A stretch of 64,000 nucleotides of DNA from an uncultured virus (IMG/VR IMGVR_UViG_3300037418_000344) (IMGVR_UViG_3300037418_000344); one strand, 5' to 3'; positions 1 to 9,804 are shown, counted from the stretch's first letter. The notes: generated from the letters alone by a model not told the origin. A program made the numbers and translations.

Positions 1-183
1 CCCCCCCCCCCCCTTCCATTACTACAGGAAATGTGTTTTTATCCTCGGCTGTTGCACCCCTTAGGACAATCCAACCAAACCCTATCCACTCTTTAACGCA
101 TCCATTGTGTATCACGATGGGATGTCTAGTCTCTCCGCCTGCCACCATTCGAATAATTGAGCAGTCGCTAAGTTTTACTGTTT

Positions 184-477
184 TCACAATTTCCTCCAAG
201 CCTTTTTACCTCTGTATGTAATTTCCTCAAACAAACCTAGCATTTCTCCTAAATGCATCCCGTAGTCCCTCGATACTTTTCCTTGAGATGTGAGCTTAGA
301 TAAGGAATAATCTGTAACTGGGTTATCACTAGTGGCATGCCTCGCAGCATATATAACCTCTGTCACTTGTAGTCGCTTTATAAGCGCGGTGTAATAGTTG
401 CCCGGTATCACAGAGACAAGTTTATCGTAGATATCGGATGCTTGTTCAGGTATTACAACATTAAATTCCTTATTCAT
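184..477 (-). CDS. hypothetical protein (early region)
   Basis: ORF with probable ATG at 477 after a GGGG-type RBS; co-oriented with neighbours. Confidence 0.6.
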   Translation of the reverse strand: MNKEFNVVIPEQASDIYDKLVSVIPGNYYTALIKRLQVTEVIYAARHATSDNPVTDYSLSKLTSQGKVSRDYGMHLGEMLGLFEEITYRGKKAWRKL

Positions 478-780
478 AATCACCCCTTCCAGCACTCAAA
501 CTCTTTATCAAGATTCCTATTCCACACAAGGAACCAATTCCCATACGGAGGCACAATCTCAATTTGTGTGCTTGAAGCATCTTAGAGCGGTATGCAATTG
601 CCTCATATGTTGCATTGAACTCTTTGTTTGCTTTACGTTTAAGTTCATCCTGTCTATCTGCAATCTGTTTATTGATGACGCCTGTACTATAACCGCTATG
701 CTTCGTAGCACATACACTACCAAAGTGGAACAGTTCACCACATTCATCTTCCATAACAACAGTGTACTAACGTCAGTCAT
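470..780 (-). pseudogene. rearranged/chimeric gene remnant
   Basis: Coding signal is split over three frames; 480-578 encodes SSTQIEIVPPYGNWFLVWNRNLDKEFECWKG*, paralogous to the C-terminus of ORF 1503-1706. Confidence 0.5.
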
Positions 781-789
781 GATTATTCC

Positions 790-972
790 TCACTCAACAA
801 ACGTTTTCATGCAAGCCGGACACGCATAAAGACTCACGCTTTCATTGTCCCACCATTTAGTACGACGTTCAAGCTTTACAGGAAGCTTATAAAATTCATC
901 ATACTCACCTTCTACATTGTCGCATTTGTCGACATTAAATCCATGTTCGTAATTACAGTTTGGACAAATCAT
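790..972 (-). CDS. small zinc-ribbon protein
   Basis: 60 aa with CPNC...CPAC; AGGAGG RBS. Confidence 0.65.
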   Translation of the reverse strand: MICPNCNYEHGFNVDKCDNVEGEYDEFYKLPVKLERRTKWWDNESVSLYACPACMKTFVE

Positions 973-974
973 AT

Positions 975-1367
975 TTATTCCTCCTTCCCAAACTCATAAT
1001 AAAGCTTACCATTCTTATCCTGCCACACTGTAGCATCAGATTTACTTCCTAGCGATTCATCCTTAAACACCATCTTCAGCCCTTCATTCGACACAAGCTG
1101 TGTGTATTCGTAGCTATCCTTGTATGTGTTAATACGTGCAACAAGCTGTTGGATGATCTGCCGTTTAACTCCCACTTTACCATTCCCATGTCCCACTTTG
1201 CAACCAACATCTTGCATAGGCATGTTCTCGTAACGTTGCATGTCAATGCAATATTCCATCTTAACCTGTAGGCCATTCATGGGATGACTCTGTGCATAAG
1301 ACTCGCTGTATGCTACAGAGCTAGACATTAGCACGATACACAAGAGGCAGAGGGAAATGAGTTTCAT
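975..1367 (-). CDS. putative exported protein
   Basis: Probable start MKLISLCLLCIVLMSSSVAYS looks like a signal peptide. Confidence 0.6.
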   Translation of the reverse strand: MKLISLCLLCIVLMSSSVAYSESYAQSHPMNGLQVKMEYCIDMQRYENMPMQDVGCKVGHGNGKVGVKRQIIQQLVARINTYKDSYEYTQLVSNEGLKMVFKDESLGSKSDATVWQDKNGKLYYEFGKEE

Positions 1368-1388
1368 GTTAGGCTTTCTTGTTGTGTT

Positions 1389-1495
1389 TGGTGGGCATTG
1401 AAGGATTCCAACCTTCACCTCCGGCTAGGTTTATAGAGATAATCCTCAGAGACTTCTAGAAGTCTCCCCTAGCCAGTAGACCCGCATGGATGCCC
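1389..1495 (-). ncRNA. tRNA-like RNA with tmRNA tRNA-like-domain topology
   Basis: Minus strand: GGGCAT../..ATGCCC-A-CCA acceptor stem, T-arm GAAGG-TTGGAAT-CCTTC, no D-stem, 9-bp helix CTGGCTAGG/CCTAGCCGG. Confidence 0.65.
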
Positions 1496-1502
1496 TATAA
1501 TA

Positions 1503-1706
1503 TTATTTCCAGCAATCAAAGTGTTTATCAAGCTTGCGATTCCAGACAGTAAACCAGTTGCCGTAAGGAGAAATAATCTCAACCTGAGTGCTAGTCATCT
1601 TACGATTCTCAAACAGAATGTTAGCTTCTTCTTCGGTGTACATGTCGGAGAATTCATCTCCTGAAAAGTTGTACCAACGAAGTTGCCAATCTTTAAGCTG
1701 TTGCAT
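1503..1706 (-). CDS. hypothetical protein
   Basis: 67-aa ORF with GAGGGG RBS downstream of a promoter; paralogous fragment at 480-578. Confidence 0.7.
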   Translation of the reverse strand: MQQLKDWQLRWYNFSGDEFSDMYTEEEANILFENRKMTSTQVEIISPYGNWFTVWNRKLDKHFDCWK

Positions 1707-1743
1707 GATGTTCCCCCTCTGTGTTTGTTAATCGAATAAGTCT

Positions 1744-1772
1744 AGTGTACACAAGCTTTCTAAGCACGTCAA
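1744..1772 (-). promoter_or_regulatory. sigma70-type promoter
   Basis: TTGACG-17-TACACT. Confidence 0.75.
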
Positions 1773-2596
1773 GAGTTTTATAGCACCAAGCAATTCAACT
1801 GTTGAGCGCAAGCGAAACAGGCAGGATGCGTAGCAGACTACATCTTAGCCTCAAGCCTTTGAACACTATCTTTCTTAGCCATTATGATTTCTCCTGTACA
1901 ACAACACTAACAACCCTATATTCGTCCACACAATCATTGTCTAAGCTACCTTGCTTCCACTTATCGCAGCTTTCAATAGCTCTATCAAATGCATGGTAAA
2001 TCTCAAGCTGGCCTTTAGTGCTGCAAAAAAGCCATGTTTTACTTATGTTGTCATACCATTGAATTGCATACATAATCATTCCCCTTTGCACACACAATCG
2101 TTACACATCTTCCAACCGTAACACCAATCTGTGTAGCAGAATGTCCCTTTCATGTAAGGACAATCTTTCAGCTTAGCATAGCCGTACAATCTTGCGTTAT
2201 ATCCTACATTGTAGGCGAGTGACATGTAATGTCTCCGTTAGGAATGTTGTTTAGAGGATTAGTTTAACGAAAGTTAAACAATTCCTGCTACATGAAAATC
2301 CCACCAAACAGCAAAAGGCAACCCAATAAATCCTACTGTCATAAGAATGATGAACAAGAGGAATAGGAAATTGTGCAGCTTGTCGAATGTTTGCATGTTA
2401 GTTGTCTCCTCATTCAATCTTACCGGCACATTCCAGAGAGTGGAACATGCAATAGCCATATTCTTCTGCTGCTTTCTGCCAGTCCAAACCTTTGTATTCT
2501 TGTGCACCATACACAACCATATATTTGTACTTACTAGTTTGGTACAGCATCACTGGACAGTCGCCGTCGTTGAATGTAGTAAGAAGAGTTTTCATG

Positions 2597-2839
2597 TCAG
2601 TTGCCTTTCTGCACGTTGTTATAAATCCATTGGTTAGCCTTGTACATAACACAAGCTTCCGCTTCTTCCTTGCTCAATCCTGCCGCTACAGTGCGTTGCC
2701 CTTCCGGCTTAGACGTATCATGTACAATGTAGCAGCCATTTAAAGGATTGCGATATTCTTTGAATGGGCTGTTTGCTCGTGCCTGAATTACGTCAGAGAC
2801 GAAAGTGACACGTTGGTTTTTAAGCATTGTGATGTACAT
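2597..2839 (-). CDS. hypothetical protein
   Basis: ORF with probable start MYITMLK after AAGG RBS. Confidence 0.55.
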   Translation of the reverse strand: MYITMLKNQRVTFVSDVIQARANSPFKEYRNPLNGCYIVHDTSKPEGQRTVAAGLSKEEAEACVMYKANQWIYNNVQKGN

Positions 2840-2948
2840 GATATTACCTTTCAGGAAATAATAGCAGCCCAAGGGGCGGAGACTACCAGCACCACAACCA
2901 TGAGGATTACGAAGAAAAGAGATTTGTGCATGTTAGCCCCCTAATTAA

Positions 2949-3149
2949 TTACAAGTTATTCTCAGCGCGGAATTGGAAGAACACAGCACAGATGATGCAC
3001 ACCAGCATAGGAAGAGGCATCACAACAATACTGTTGCTCATGAATGGCTCCATAGCTACAGCCAATTTAAACCCTGCGAAGAATGCCGGAAGAGTGGCAA
3101 TCATGCAGAGTAAGGAAAGAGCGACGTAGCAGAAGGAAGAGAGTTTCAT
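2949..3149 (-). CDS. small membrane protein
   Basis: MKLSSFCYVALSLL...; two hydrophobic segments; follows a promoter. Confidence 0.55.
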   Translation of the reverse strand: MKLSSFCYVALSLLCMIATLPAFFAGFKLAVAMEPFMSNSIVVMPLPMLVCIICAVFFQFRAENNL

Positions 3150-3182
3150 GTTTGGCTCTGTGTTTGTTGATCGAGTAGAGAC

Positions 3183-3211
3183 AGTGTAGCTAAGATTTTT
3201 AAGCTTTGCAA
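3183..3211 (-). promoter_or_regulatory. sigma70-type promoter
   Basis: TTGCAA-17-TACACT. Confidence 0.65.
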
Positions 3212-3248
3212 GCACTTTCTTAAGAATTTTATCTGTTGCAGAAATGAC

Positions 3249-3267
3249 AAAGCCGCCCGAAGGCGGC
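3249..3267 (-). terminator. intrinsic terminator
   Basis: GCCGCC-TTCG-GGCGGC-TTT just after the stop of 3276-3866. Confidence 0.7.
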
Positions 3268-3275
3268 GAATGTTG

Positions 3276-3866
3276 CTAGAATGGACACTCTAAGCTATCA
3301 TCGTAGCTTGTCGATTGCATCCTACCATCCCACGTATAACGGCGCTCTCCGTTCCTGTGATACATTGGGGAACCATCAGGATTAGTTGTAGAACCCTCTT
3401 TATCGGGCGCTGATGGCGTTTTCTCTTTGGATGGCTTCGGAGCTACATTACCCTGCTTTAAACCGCTTGTGTTGCGTTCTCGTGGCTCCTTTGGATCAAT
3501 CTTAACTGATGCCGCAATCACACCCTTTGGACGAGGATTGCCAGACTGCATAAAGCATTCAACAATTTTGAAACCATTGACGTAGTACGTGTTACAGTTA
3601 CCCTTGCCTTTACCGGGCTTGTACTGCATCCACCCACTGTCAACAAGTGACTTTCTTACTTTTTCGATTGTCTTGATATGTATGCCTGTATGCTCGGATA
3701 TAGTTTCTGTGCTAGGCCAGCATTTATATCCCTCACCATCTTTGATGTTGGCGCAGGCTAGTAGGTATGTCAGCACGCGGAATTCTGCGAGTGACAGATT
3801 GACACAAGAGTCCTTACTCTTGCACAGGAGCGTAGAAAGCTCCATTGGGGAGATTGTTTTTTCCAT
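3276..3866 (-). CDS. winged helix-turn-helix protein, replication-initiator-like (HTH_36 type)
   Basis: AEFRVLTYL...CWPSTETISEHTGIHIKTIEKVRKSLVDSGW...NTY pattern typical of phage/plasmid initiator N-termini. Confidence 0.7.
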   Translation of the reverse strand: MEKTISPMELSTLLCKSKDSCVNLSLAEFRVLTYLLACANIKDGEGYKCWPSTETISEHTGIHIKTIEKVRKSLVDSGWMQYKPGKGKGNCNTYYVNGFKIVECFMQSGNPRPKGVIAASVKIDPKEPRERNTSGLKQGNVAPKPSKEKTPSAPDKEGSTTNPDGSPMYHRNGERRYTWDGRMQSTSYDDSLECPF

Positions 3867-3999
3867 TGTTATCCTTAGTAGATTGAGTATCCTGCAACAT
3901 CATTTTCTTGACAAGTGTTAGAATAAACTTTTGCCTAGACAGTTCGCCTCTGTTAGCATCTATCCAGCATGCCACATCAGGGTTAAGGTTAAGTTGCAT
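3814..3999 (-). CDS. small ribbon-helix-helix (CopG-like) DNA-binding protein
   Basis: MQLNLNPDVACWID...LSRQKFILTLV: beta-strand, helix, SR, helix pattern; AAGGA RBS. Confidence 0.5.
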   Translation of the reverse strand: MQLNLNPDVACWIDANRGELSRQKFILTLVKKMMLQDTQSTKDNNGKNNLPNGAFYAPVQE

Positions 4000-4029
4000 A
4001 ATTTTCCTTAGTTAATTTGCTACACAACA

Positions 4030-4058
4030 ATTGTAGCACAGGTAAGATCGTATGTCAA
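4030..4058 (-). promoter_or_regulatory. sigma70-type promoter for the RHH-HTH pair
   Basis: TTGACA-17-TACAAT. Confidence 0.8.
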
Positions 4059-4063
4059 ATACA

Positions 4064-4424
4064 AAACCCCGCTTTAAGCGGGTATTAGGAGGCATGGTAG
4101 GAGTGTAAACCCCGCTTTTAAGAGGTTGATAACCCCTCATTAGAGAGGTGCAAAACCCCGCTTTTCTTCCGATCTAATAGATAAGTTAACAGATAAAAGA
4201 AAAGATAACTTAAGGCCCTTAGTTCTTACAATCATCTTTCTTACTCTCTGCTACGGCTTCGCCTCCACAGAGGAACAGATAACATAGCTTCGCTATAAGT
4301 CTTACAGACTGTTTGTGTGCTACGCCTTTGAGCGCGAGCGCATGCGAGTAAGACTAAATTTGTTTGGTGCAACGAGCGAAGCCGAGATATGAAGATAATA
4401 GAAACCCCGCTTAAAGCGGGTATT
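4064..4424. repeat. iteron-like repeat array, putative replication origin
   Basis: AAACCCCGCTT at 4064, 4107, 4153, 4402; variant AACCCCTCATT at 4131; AT-rich AGATAA repeats ~4178-4210; no ORF. Confidence 0.65.
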
Positions 4425-4427
4425 TGA

Positions 4428-4640
4428 TCACTCCTCTACCCACTCACCCAGAGCTTGATACAACTCTTTAATCTTGCGTTCGTTCTTCTTCATCTTCTCA
4501 GCCATGTTAAGCGCATCACACACTTTGTTGGCTGTCTCTTCGTCCCAGCACACAACATCGTTGAAGCCCATCCAAATTGCCCAATGTGGCACAGTTGAAC
4601 TTTCTATTTTCTTTACTGTGTATTTTTGTTCTTTAGTCAT
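4428..4640 (-). CDS. hypothetical protein
   Basis: 70-aa ORF in a co-oriented cluster. Confidence 0.6.
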   Translation of the reverse strand: MTKEQKYTVKKIESSTVPHWAIWMGFNDVVCWDEETANKVCDALNMAEKMKKNERKIKELYQALGEWVEE

Positions 4641-4656
4641 TTCGCCCTATCATCAC

Positions 4657-4986
4657 TCAGACTTTAACCTGAGAATACATCTTCAAGACTTCAGCATTGC
4701 TAGTGCAGACACTTCCAGCATAGTAGTTGTTCCGCGCTTCCTCGCAAGCTTTGGCGAATTCATCGCCGGACAGAATATTAGCAGCGCGGAAAGGTTTTGC
4801 AGCACCCTTCATGTATTCTTTCATGCGCTTGTCGTAGATTGCACGATAAGCATTTTGTGCCAAAATAAAATCATTCTTCAACTCAACATCGGAAGGGTTT
4901 TTCTTGTGCTTCGCATAGGCGGCATTGACAGCCGCGAATGCATCAGCTTCTACTTTCATGTTTGCCAAGGTTTGTTCGACGTTCAT
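4657..4986 (-). CDS. hypothetical protein
   Basis: 109 aa; AGGAG RBS; follows a promoter. Confidence 0.7.
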   Translation of the reverse strand: MNVEQTLANMKVEADAFAAVNAAYAKHKKNPSDVELKNDFILAQNAYRAIYDKRMKEYMKGAAKPFRAANILSGDEFAKACEEARNNYYAGSVCTSNAEVLKMYSQVKV

Positions 4987-5041
4987 GATGTTCTCCTATG
5001 TGTTGTGTGCTGGGATGGCTTCTTAGCGAAGCGACAGAAGA

Positions 5042-5070
5042 ACTATACCGCACATCTCAAAGCATTGCAA
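5042..5070 (-). promoter_or_regulatory. sigma70-type promoter
   Basis: TTGCAA-17-TATAGT. Confidence 0.65.
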
Positions 5071-5268
5071 GCACTTTTCTATTTCAACGCCCACTCACCA
5101 TCCCCGAAATAAGCATCTAGCCACTGATGCACCTCTGTATGTGTGATCTTGCTGACACTCTTCAAAGTTTCATCTGGTGGAAACACAATATCGTAACCTA
5201 GATGATGTTTGGTTACAGTGCAACAGTAATTGTTGTGTTTGTCATACACTCTTGTTGATGATGGCATG

Positions 5269-5652
5269 TTAATCACTCCCATATGTCGCCCTAGCCTCTG
5301 CCAGCTTTTTCCTCACATCCCACAAAGAAGCCTCACACGATGCCATGCGGTCTTTACGGTTAGCTTTGGTGTGCGCTAGCAAAGCTAATTCATAATGCTC
5401 AATCTGTTTCAAGTATCGACGTTCCAACCCCTCCAAAATCTCCTTATTCGTCATCGGCTGTTCGTACGTGACGCAAGAACTAATATCTACTCCGTGCGTA
5501 TCTTCTTCCATTGCGTAAGTATATACTAACACATGCTCAGGAGAGAGTGTTTCGCTCAGCGTGCTAAGATATTCGATAGCCTCTTTCACAGTGCGCCCGT
5601 CAATGGCATTCAGCCAATCGATGTCTTGTGTGATTGTTTTGGTGTAGGTCAT
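5269..5652 (-). CDS. hypothetical protein
   Basis: 127-aa ORF abutting its neighbours. Confidence 0.65.
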   Translation of the reverse strand: MTYTKTITQDIDWLNAIDGRTVKEAIEYLSTLSETLSPEHVLVYTYAMEEDTHGVDISSCVTYEQPMTNKEILEGLERRYLKQIEHYELALLAHTKANRKDRMASCEASLWDVRKKLAEARATYGSD

Positions 5653-5843
5653 GATTAGTGTAAATTGTCAATACGTTTAATATCCCACTCAGTTTTACCA
5701 GTGGCCTTAATGAATGCCTCTATTGCGCTAGAAAGCAGCATTTGGCAAGGTGCTTCCCACGTACTGCCATTATACATCGTGAATTTCCAGATCATGTTAT
5801 CCCCTCCCATTCCGGCCTCGCCCTCTGCGCTGCCCATGAACGT

Positions 5844-5872
5844 ATAATCTCACATAAACTTAAGCACGTCAA
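5844..5872 (-). promoter_or_regulatory. sigma70-type promoter
   Basis: TTGACG-17-GATTAT; -35 context nearly identical to the promoter at 1744-1772. Confidence 0.55.
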
Positions 5873-5878
5873 GCACTT

Positions 5879-6142
5879 TTAAACTGATTCTGAGTTTGGC
5901 CTAACCTTGTTGTCATCGTAAGTTATGAGCCAGCACGAATCTCTATCAATCATAGTGCTTGCAGTCATCATATCTGCCCCGGCATCCCAAATCTCTGCCA
6001 TGTACCAGCCCTCAGGATGGATATGGGCATGACCGGCACCAAATAAAATCTCAATTCCATCAGGCATGCTGTCAAGATGCTTTTGTAATTTCTTTGCCCA
6101 TGCTATTTGTTCCCGAGTCATCACAAATTCTTCGTATTTCAT
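5879..6142 (-). CDS. hypothetical protein
   Basis: Probable start MKYEEF after GGGAG RBS. Confidence 0.6.
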   Translation of the reverse strand: MKYEEFVMTREQIAWAKKLQKHLDSMPDGIEILFGAGHAHIHPEGWYMAEIWDAGADMMTASTMIDRDSCWLITYDDNKVRPNSESV

Positions 6143-7169
6143 ACATTCTCCCTTCAAACACTCTCAACACTAAATCCTTGCATTCCATGCACTACAGATA
6201 TTTGCGAGCCGTTCGGAAAGGTTTACTTTCCTTCAAAGATTGCCAATTCTTCTTTCCCTTCTAACATGTCGTACAATTGAAACAGAACGTCTGTAGAACG
6301 ATTGTAGGAAGCTGTTGCAATCATGGCTCTATAGTTTGGTGTGGCTCTGCAACGAGCTAGGATTAACTTTAGGGCTGTTTCTGTGTATTTGGTCATTTAA
6401 TCTCCGTCCGCACGTTAACAAATCCCAACATAGCCGCCCCATCTAAAAGCTTATTTGCCAAGTGCACTGCTTCCACTTTATTAAGAGTGACACTAAACAC
6501 GCTGTCATCTGCCAATTTAATTTCAATGTCGATGTATTCGCCATCGATAAACACTTGCGGGGTCATTTGATATTTTCCTCCTCTTTCCTAGCTTTCAAAC
6601 AATATAGCGCAGAAAGAAACTCTTGTGCATCGATATAAGGCTGTGCACCATATGGGTAGCAGATGCACTCTTTCAACACTTCAATTAACTCGTCAATTTC
6701 AATTGTCATATCACCCTCACACATTCAACATAATCACACAAATTGTCACGAATGCAACAAATGCCAATATGGCAATGATTATAAAAACAGCGCCCTCATG
6801 CTCGCGTATGAATTTGCGTATCATTGTCTCCTCGCGTTTAGAGCCTCATCAGGTGCTCAAAGTTGTTTAGGCTACCACCCTACAGGCCGCATTGTGTTGT
6901 GGCCTTGTGGGCATCTCCTACGCCTTGAATCGTCATTATCACATCATTGCAAGAATCACTCTCCCCACATCGGCTCTTGCTCATACCAATTGCCCCGCCC
7001 ATCACTCCAACGATACTCTACATTTCCTGTATCCTTGTGGATACGCATGGACATGTCTTGATTGTAATACCATTTGCTTGCAAACAGATGGGAAAGGAAT
7101 TGTTTGATGGTGTTCATGATGTTCTCCGTTTTGTTGAGTGTTTGATGTTTTCAACATCTGTGTGGACAT

Positions 7170-7199
7170 AGCTTAATAGGCTTAGAGTGCTTGTGTCAA
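7170..7199 (-). promoter_or_regulatory. sigma70-type promoter
   Basis: TTGACA-18-TAAGCT. Confidence 0.5.
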
Positions 7200-7375
7200 G
7201 CGTTATTTGCAAGATCGTTAGCAATGTCCATATCAAATGCCGTTCTCAATTGCCCATTCAATGGCAAACGTTTTTGTGCCTGTGTATTGCACCTTGTTTT
7301 TGTTTGAAATAAGCGTGACGATGTAGCGCGAGCCGGATTTAAAGACGGCGTAGATACTGTTGGTGAAAATGGGCT

Positions 7376-7726
7376 TCATTCTTCATTCTCCATGATGTAA
7401 CGTTTGATTGCTTCGTCTGCAATAATACGTGCCATCGTAATCGATTCACAAATGCCACGGTTAATACGCAGAATTTTTTGCAAATCATCATCAGTAAAGT
7501 CGCTTTTCGGATATTCCTTTTTTGGTTTGATTCGGTATTCATCTGTATCATGCCATCCCGGATGGGGGCAATCCCGCCATTCTTCAGGCTGCGACCTGTA
7601 CTTATACTGAATTTCTGCCCCATCGGCCCATAATTTTATAAGTGCTGCGTGTTTTTGTGGTGTATTCTTCGAATGTTTGTTCATTTCATCCGCCAAATTC
7701 AATAAAGCCTTTTTCGGATAATTCAT
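7376..7726 (-). CDS. hypothetical phage protein
   Basis: HAALIKLWADGAEIQY...P.W....EYRIKP motif recurrent in phage proteins. Confidence 0.7.
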   Translation of the reverse strand: MNYPKKALLNLADEMNKHSKNTPQKHAALIKLWADGAEIQYKYRSQPEEWRDCPHPGWHDTDEYRIKPKKEYPKSDFTDDDLQKILRINRGICESITMARIIADEAIKRYIMENEE

Positions 7727-7934
7727 TTAATCCTTTTTGTATTATGAGACATGCTTGTCCCTTTTCCCAATCAAGACTTGGTGCACCTTGTATAAGATTC
7801 ATTTGCTTAAATGCTTCTATTGCAGCATGTCGCAACAGTTCGGGGATATTTACATGTGCATATTTACCGTGCTCAACAAGAGTTGGAACGAATTGCGCAC
7901 ATGCAATTAACACAACATCTTTATGATAATTCAT
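7686..7934 (-). CDS. hypothetical protein
   Basis: 82 aa; AAGGAGG RBS. Confidence 0.55.
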   Translation of the reverse strand: MNYHKDVVLIACAQFVPTLVEHGKYAHVNIPELLRHAAIEAFKQMNLIQGAPSLDWEKGQACLIIQKGLNELSEKGFIEFGG

Positions 7935-8447
7935 TTATTCCTCCTTAATGGCATATCCATAAATCATATTCCAATTGCAAAAGTAGTGTATATTGACTTT
8001 TGTAAAGCGCAACACACCGCTGTCTAAACTTACATTTGACGTACCTTTATATGTTGTACTGGTATTATCCGAGTATGTAATTTCAATAGTGTATGTTTTC
8101 TTTTTAAACATCATTCCCCCGTTATTTCGTCAATAAATTTATACAAAGCATTTCGTGTGCGGTCACGCTCTGCAAGTGCAACATCCCATTCAGCTTGTTC
8201 CTTGTTCCTCAAGAGGGCAAGCATGGCTGTTGCTTCAGAGAAAAGGGCTATCTTGAGTTTCAATTCGTGTGCTTGTTGTTTGTTCATTTTTGAGCCTCTT
8301 TCAACTCATCGCAGGCGTCGCACACATCATTAATACTGTCCGGACTTTCGCACCAAATAACCAATTCATCTAACACGCCATGATCTGTAGCTTGTTGTAA
8401 TGCTTTAATCAGGTTGTCTAATGCAATACTTTGAATATGATTGAGTT

Positions 8448-8771
8448 TCATTTCTTCTCCTGTAGCAACATAGTTGCAGCAAATTTAATCGCGGTATCTT
8501 CCGGGTTCCACTCGTAATGTGGTTTGCTAATCTCACCTTTCATGTTGCGCGATTGGCTATAATAAAGCTGCTCCGTGTCTGCGTCCAACACTTCCGCATA
8601 CGAGGCCCCATATTTATTAATTTGGAGATTTCTCATAACGTTAAGGCCAGCTTCAAACAAGTTTGTTCCATGCGTCACTTTGACGACTTCATTGCGGAAT
8701 ACATAACGTGTTTTTAGCTTTGTTGGAGCATTCTTTGTGGCTCCGTTGTTCATTACTATTTTACTTGTCAT
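8448..8771 (-). CDS. hypothetical protein
   Basis: Probable start MTSKIV; upstream TTGACA at 8846-8851. Confidence 0.6.
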   Translation of the reverse strand: MTSKIVMNNGATKNAPTKLKTRYVFRNEVVKVTHGTNLFEAGLNVMRNLQINKYGASYAEVLDADTEQLYYSQSRNMKGEISKPHYEWNPEDTAIKFAATMLLQEKK

Positions 8772-8859
8772 GATAACGCCCTTGGTAGAGTTGACATTGC
8801 TCACGCTCTGTCTATGTGCTTATTATTGCTTGTATTGCTTACCCATGTCAAGAGAAATT

Positions 8860-9051
8860 TTAGTCATTCTCTTCAGGCTGATTCCAAGAGATGACCAACA
8901 CGTCATCTGACAAAAGTTCAATCTTTCGAATATTACTTTCCAGAGCCTTTAATCTAAAAAGTACGCCCATTTGTGCTGCATCCATTCCCTGATGTTCGTA
9001 CGGCATTGCATCAGGCGCTTGTGACGAATACCACCATTTAAGAACTAGCAT
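8860..9051 (-). CDS. hypothetical protein
   Basis: 63 aa; AAGGGG RBS. Confidence 0.55.
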   Translation of the reverse strand: MLVLKWWYSSQAPDAMPYEHQGMDAAQMGVLFRLKALESNIRKIELLSDDVLVISWNQPEEND

Positions 9052-9196
9052 GTTCGCATCCCCTTAACCAACGTCACCAGCAATACCCGCCAGCACGAGA
9101 ATAACGGCGCCTGCTAGGAATGCCATCAACACAACAATAATTTGCAGCACAGATGGAAGGCGTTCCGGCTTGTACGATTGTGCATAAGTGGGCATG

Positions 9197-9451
9197 TTAT
9201 TTGTCCTTCATGGAAACAATTGCATCAATATCCGCTTGCGAGATGCCAGCTTGTTTAAGCTGTCCGGATAGCTCAGCACGTTCGATACAATGGGGCCATT
9301 TACGGAGCCATCGCAGCGGCTGCGAGCGTTCGCTATAGATTCGTGCAACCACTTCACCGGACAAGTCACGCACCGTTACAGAGGCTTTCTGTGAGCCTTT
9401 TTTGCTGGCGTTGCTGCTGTAAATGAGTAGGTTGTTAATTTGCTCTGCCAT
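9197..9451 (-). CDS. hypothetical protein
   Basis: 84-aa ORF abutting the upstream gene. Confidence 0.6.
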   Translation of the reverse strand: MAEQINNLLIYSSNASKKGSQKASVTVRDLSGEVVARIYSERSQPLRWLRKWPHCIERAELSGQLKQAGISQADIDAIVSMKDK

Positions 9452-9453
9452 GA

Positions 9454-9681
9454 TTACATCTCCCGCATTGCCGCTTTAATCGTCGTGATACTGTATGGTG
9501 CACCGTCAGGGGTTTTTGTTTGACCTTGCGACTTAAGAATGTGCAACATCTCTTCTGCGGCATCTTTTTTGTTCATAATGCTGTTCAATCGCTGTGCCAT
9601 CCGATACAACCCCTCATCGTTGTTGATCCACAGAGATACATTCCAGTGATTCCAATTTTTGTGCCCGTTAAACTTTGTCAT
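9454..9681 (-). CDS. hypothetical phage protein
   Basis: FNGHKNWNHWNVSLWINNDEGLY motif; AGGAG RBS. Confidence 0.7.
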   Translation of the reverse strand: MTKFNGHKNWNHWNVSLWINNDEGLYRMAQRLNSIMNKKDAAEEMLHILKSQGQTKTPDGAPYSITTIKAAMREM

Positions 9682-9719
9682 GCTGTTTCTCCTAGAAAGT
9701 TTGCGTTATCGATGTGTGT

Positions 9720-9748
9720 ATCTTAAGGTTCTTATTTAAGCCCGTCAA
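9720..9748 (-). promoter_or_regulatory. sigma70-type promoter
   Basis: TTGACG-17-TAAGAT. Confidence 0.7.
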
Positions 9749-9804
9749 GCAACCAAAGCATTAAAAGTTAGAGTATTTCCTCTAATTTAAAGCTTGACTT
9801 TCTA

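Noticed and set aside
1..14. Run of 14 C at the window start
   Set aside because: Truncated by the window edge; cannot tell a real tract or terminus from a sequencing artefact
1449..1466. Hairpin with CTA in the loop suggesting an amber suppressor tRNA
   Set aside because: Loop would be 8 nt, there is no D-stem, and the sequence is a perfect palindrome inside a longer helix
4064..4424. Repeats as a possible CRISPR array
   Set aside because: Repeats are only ~11 bp with irregular spacing and no cas genes are present
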